Positions 35,135-38,305 of a stretch of 38,305 nt of DNA are shown one piece after another; the stretch's first letter is position 1; each line of letters starts with the position of its first letter. The DNA comes from Candidatus Flemingiibacterium sp. (GTDB lineage Bacteria > Bacillota > Clostridia > Oscillospirales > CAG-272). Where the stretch lies: assembly GCA_045634345.1 (NCBI GenBank), contig JAZRAB010000183.1:1-38305 (forward strand). The letters run 5' to 3'. The notes beneath the pieces were generated by a model. The model searched no databases. It saw nothing but the letters and a program-made list of their open reading frames with translations, and was not told where the DNA came from. A program made the translations under genes and the position numbers.

Positions 35135-35278
35135 GGATTTAAGTTTGTCGGGGAGTTTGCGCTCCGAGCTTTGATGCTCCTTGCGGTGCCTCCCCTTGCA
35201 ACCCGGCAGGCGGCGCAACGCGCCGCTTTGGAGCTGCAATAATCGAAGCGATAAACTTCACGATAAATAATAATTTAC
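35135..35278. repeat. Minimal copy (arm B-like - 13-nt spacer - arm A') of the mosaic repeat family, lacking the core
   Basis: The right part (35203-35278) matches arm A' of copy 2 and the reverse complement of arm A of copy 1. The left part contains gcgctccgag...gatgctccttgcggtgc, as in arm B. It ends 4 nt from the stop codon of gene 35283-36074. Confidence 0.8.
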
Positions 35279-35282
35279 TATT

Positions 35283-36074
35283 CTAAAACGAAGCTTTTTT
35301 ATAAATATAAGCCTTGTTTACCGTATCCGTATGCTCGATAACGCCAAGCGTTATGAGCGTTTGCAGTGCGTAACCGGCGGTGCGGCGTGTCATTTTTGCG
35401 GCTTTTGCAAATTCAGCGGCGGTGAACTCGTCATCAAGTGCGGGAGGAACAAGCACGGTAAAATCTGACGGCTTTTCAAGTGTTATGATATCTACAAGCT
35501 CTGTTGGGATTCGCTCATACCGTGATGCGCCAAAATGCTTTTTATCACGGCTGCGTCCCGTGAGAAGACGAAACTCATCCATGTTGCAGAATATCAATGT
35601 GAAGCATACACCTTCAAGCGGCATTATCGGACGAAGCGCGTACAGCTCGTACAGAATATCCCACGGCTTCCCCTGCTTTGGCGATTTGCGCCGCTCAGTT
35701 ACTTCGCCGCTTTCGGGATTTATCCACGAAATATGCTTCTCAGCGGCAATGGGGTAGACGACATTTACGCGGTATTCAGGCGTATATTCAGTCAGCTTTT
35801 TTGAGAGAGCGGAGAAGTGGCGTGTTTGTATTTCCGTAATCTCGCCGTCTTTGCATATATCCGCGACAAAGCGCCCGAGCTTTTGTTCATGATATGTCGT
35901 ATCAGGCTCGATGAAGTTTTTTACGATAGCGTGGAGCGTCTTTTCCCCGAGCGTACCGATTCCGAGACGTTTCATGCCGCCAATGAGCATTGCACGGCAG
36001 CAATTTGCAAAAAAATATTTGTCGGTTTCACTTGCCGATATAGAGTCAGATATTAATTCCTTGCCGTTTTCCAT
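35283..36074 (-). CDS. Hypothetical protein; possible PD-(D/E)xK-like nuclease core with C-terminal winged-helix domain
   Basis: 263 aa. GEKTLHAIVKNFIE ... FVADICKDGEITEIQTR resembles an E...D...ExQ/K nuclease signature. The C-terminus (FTAAEFAKAAKMTRRTAGYALQTLITLGVIEH) is HTH-like. RBS aagggag. Confidence 0.4.
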   Translation of the reverse strand: MENGKELISDSISASETDKYFFANCCRAMLIGGMKRLGIGTLGEKTLHAIVKNFIEPDTTYHEQKLGRFVADICKDGEITEIQTRHFSALSKKLTEYTPEYRVNVVYPIAAEKHISWINPESGEVTERRKSPKQGKPWDILYELYALRPIMPLEGVCFTLIFCNMDEFRLLTGRSRDKKHFGASRYERIPTELVDIITLEKPSDFTVLVPPALDDEFTAAEFAKAAKMTRRTAGYALQTLITLGVIEHTDTVNKAYIYKKASF

Positions 36075-36107
36075 CCGGATTCTCCCTTAAAAAGATAATA
36101 TAACTAT

Positions 36108-36136
36108 ATTTTACTATAAAAATTCGGATAAGTCAA
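36108..36136 (-). promoter_or_regulatory. Promoter of gene 35283-36074
   Basis: Minus strand: TTGACT (36131-36136), 17-nt spacer, TAAAAT (36108-36113). Confidence 0.5.
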
Positions 36137-36214
36137 CCGCTTGCTCGTTTGATATATAATAGTCAGTGAAAATATTAACAATATGTAAAAACGTCTGAAC
36201 AGCCCAAAAAATAC

Positions 36215-36243
36215 TTGCAATTGCCAAATTAATAATGTATAAT
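36215..36243 (+). promoter_or_regulatory. Promoter of the PEP carboxykinase gene
   Basis: TTGCAA (36215-36220), 17-nt spacer, TATAAT (36238-36243). Confidence 0.65.
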
Positions 36244-36316
36244 ATAAAATGGCGGAGAAATGGTATCTGCCTGAAAAAACGACAAAAAATCATAAATTAT
36301 AGATAGGAGAACCAAA

Positions 36317-38098
36317 ATGGCACTTACTACAAACAAGTACGTCAACGAGTGGATCGATGAGATGGCGGCAATGACAAAGCCAGACAAAATTGTTCTTATC
36401 GATGGATCACAGGAGCAGATTGATGCGCTTCGAGACGAGGCTTGCTCGACCGGAGAGATGATAAAGCTCAATCAGGAGCTTCTCCCCGATTGTTACCTTC
36501 ACAGAACTGCAGTTAATGACGTTGCACGTGTTGAAGGCAGAACCTTCATCTGTACATCCAAGAAAGAGGATGCAGGCAATATCAATAACTGGATGGATCC
36601 CAAGGAATGCTATGCAAAGCTGACTAAGCTTTACACCGGCGCCATGAAGGGCAGAACAATGTACGTTATCCCGTACTCAATGTCCGCTGTAGGCTCTCCG
36701 TTTGCAAAATACGGTATCGAGCTTACCGACTCTATCTACGTTGTACTTAACATGGTAATCATGACTCGCGTAGGTCTTGATGTGCTTAAGGCTCTTGGCG
36801 ATGACGCAGGCTTTATCAAGGGACTTCACGCAAAGGCTAACCTTGACGAAGAAAACCGCTATATCGTACATTTCCCCGAGGACAACACCATCTGGTCGGT
36901 CAACTCCGGCTACGGCGGAAACGTACTTCTCGGCAAGAAGTGCTTCGCGCTTCGTATCGCTTCCTACCTCGGACGCAAAGAGGGATGGATGGCAGAGCAT
37001 ATGCTTATTCTCGGTATCGAAGCACCTAACGGTGAGGTTAAGTATGTGACCGGTGCATTCCCGTCTGCATGCGGTAAGACCAACCTCGCAATGCTCATTC
37101 CGCCGGAAATCTACAAGAAGAAGGGGTACAAGGCTTGGTGCGTCGGCGATGATATCGCATGGCTTCGCGTCGGTGATGACGGCAGACTTTGGGCAGTCAA
37201 CCCCGAGAACGGCTTCTTCGGCGTTGCACCGGGTACAAATGAGCAGTCTAATCCTAATGCCCTCCATACCTGCATGAAGAACACCATCTTCACAAACGTA
37301 GTCCACAATCTTGACAACAACACCGTTTGGTGGGAAGGTCTCGACAAGAATCCTCCTGCAAATGCTATGGACTGGAGGGGCAACAAGTGGGATTATACCA
37401 AGTATGACAAGAAGGATAAGTCCACCTGCGGTGCTCATCCCAACTCACGTTTTACTGCTTCTGCGGCTAACTGTCCTTGTCTCTCCTCTGAGTTCAACAA
37501 TCCGGCAGGCGTTCCGATCTCTGCTATCATCTTCGGTGGCAGACGCGCAAAAACCGCTCCGCTGGTATACCAGGCAAGAAATTGGCAGCATGGCGTATTC
37601 GTAGGCTCTATCATGGCTTCCGAGACAACCGCTGCAGCTACCGGCGCAGTCGGTGTCGTAAGACGTGACCCGATGGCAATGCGTCCGTTCACCGGTTATG
37701 ATATGGGTGACTACTTCGGTCACTGGCTCGCAATGGGCAAGAAGATCTCGAATCCTCCGATGATCTTTAATGTAAACTGGTTCAGAACCGATGACGAAGG
37801 TCACTTCATCTGGCCCGGATTCGGCGACAATATGCGCGTTGTTATGTGGATCCTTGCACGCTGCGCAGGCGAGGTTGACGCTGTTGAAACTCCTATCGGA
37901 TTTGTTCCGAAGGCAGAGGATATCGAGATCGACGGTCTCGACATCACTGTTGACACTGTACGTGAACTGCTTGATGTTGACGCGGCTCTCTGGAAAGAGG
38001 AGCTTGCAGGCATTGAAGAGTTCTACAAGCAGATCGGTGATCGTGTTCCGAAGGAGCTTTACGACGAGCCCGGCGCTCTTAAAGCAAGACTCGGTTAA
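36317..38098 (+). CDS. pckG: Phosphoenolpyruvate carboxykinase (GTP)
   Basis: 593 aa. Kinase-1a motif FPSACGKTNLAML, WVGDDIAWLR, and the GTP-PEPCK-specific NWFR motif. RBS taggag. Confidence 0.9.
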   Translation: MALTTNKYVNEWIDEMAAMTKPDKIVLIDGSQEQIDALRDEACSTGEMIKLNQELLPDCYLHRTAVNDVARVEGRTFICTSKKEDAGNINNWMDPKECYAKLTKLYTGAMKGRTMYVIPYSMSAVGSPFAKYGIELTDSIYVVLNMVIMTRVGLDVLKALGDDAGFIKGLHAKANLDEENRYIVHFPEDNTIWSVNSGYGGNVLLGKKCFALRIASYLGRKEGWMAEHMLILGIEAPNGEVKYVTGAFPSACGKTNLAMLIPPEIYKKKGYKAWCVGDDIAWLRVGDDGRLWAVNPENGFFGVAPGTNEQSNPNALHTCMKNTIFTNVVHNLDNNTVWWEGLDKNPPANAMDWRGNKWDYTKYDKKDKSTCGAHPNSRFTASAANCPCLSSEFNNPAGVPISAIIFGGRRAKTAPLVYQARNWQHGVFVGSIMASETTAAATGAVGVVRRDPMAMRPFTGYDMGDYFGHWLAMGKKISNPPMIFNVNWFRTDDEGHFIWPGFGDNMRVVMWILARCAGEVDAVETPIGFVPKAEDIEIDGLDITVDTVRELLDVDAALWKEELAGIEEFYKQIGDRVPKELYDEPGALKARLG

Positions 38099-38120
38099 TT
38101 AAATAATTAAATAATTAAGC

Positions 38121-38156
38121 AAACCCCTCTCTTTTCTGAAAGGAGTGGGGTTTTTG
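38121..38156. terminator. Bidirectional terminator between pckG and a convergent gene
   Basis: aaacccctctc ... gagtggggttttt hairpin with one mismatch. T runs are present on both strands. Confidence 0.65.
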
Positions 38157-38305
38157 TTATCTGAAATCAAACCGCTCACCGAGCACCTGGGGAACGATAC
38201 TTCCTGCGAACATTTCCGCGAGCTTGGCCGAAAATTCAGCGTATTTTGTTGCCTTGATTGCAAGGCGAAGTGTTACACTGCCGCCGAAATCGCTTGCATC
38301 GACGA
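38157..38305 (-). CDS. 3' end of a convergent gene (...VDASDFGGSVTLRLAIKATKYAEFSAKLAEMFAGSIVPQVLGERFDFR*); function not assignable
   Basis: A minus-strand frame is open from the window edge to TAA (38157-38159). It is too short for the ORF track. Confidence 0.4.
   Translation of the reverse strand, partial: VDASDFGGSVTLRLAIKATKYAEFSAKLAEMFAGSIVPQVLGERFDFR

Noticed and set aside
12056-35278. Could the three related repeats be a CRISPR array or its remnants?
   Set aside because: The copies are 4-19 kb apart and 144-443 nt long. They are internally palindromic and separated by ordinary genes. There is no regular repeat-spacer periodicity and there are no cas genes.

Overview
The 38.3-kb window looks like chromosomal DNA from a low-to-mid GC Firmicute. 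Gene content, avoidance of TTA/CTA/TCA codons and frequent TGnTATAAT extended -10 promoters suggest a Clostridia or Oscillospiraceae-type gut anaerobe, but taxonomy cannot be verified here. I support about 33 protein genes, one tRNA-Arg(CCT), many sigma-70-like promoters and rho-independent terminators, and three copies of a GC-rich nested-palindromic intergenic repeat.

Gene order:
- 1-9.5 kb: a plus-strand sugar or amino-sugar catabolic block. It holds a DapA/NanA-type aldolase, an FGGY kinase, a NagA-like deacetylase, two tandem ceramidase-like hydrolases, a NagB-like isomerase/deaminase and two tandem uncharacterised Cys-motif proteins.
- 9.7-12 kb: a polar amino-acid ABC transporter.
- 12.5-14.7 kb: an MFS transporter plus a membrane GDPD phosphodiesterase.
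- 15-16.1 kb: a CBM9-like surface protein with tandem repeats.
- 16.7-19.1 kb: an AraC regulator diverging from a secreted protein.
- 19.2-24.9 kb: housekeeping and accessory genes (CofE-like, purC, SGNH esterase, GH2, nitroreductase).
- 24.8-28.2 kb: a SLOG/YpsA-like protein and a lipoprotein-serpin operon.
- 28.3-38.1 kb: fakB-fakA, mntP, tRNA-Arg, cls plus a flippase, an orphan nuclease-like protein and GTP-dependent PEPCK.

I saw no rRNA, CRISPR array, transposase, integrase, phage gene or recognisable defence gene.

The two most unusual things are:
1. The operon built around two tandem paralogue pairs of unknown function.
2. The mosaic hairpin-of-hairpins repeat family at 12.06, 16.2 and 35.14 kb. 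Its core module sits in opposite orientation relative to its arms in two copies and is absent from the third.

All family assignments come from motif recognition by eye and need HMM or structure searches.
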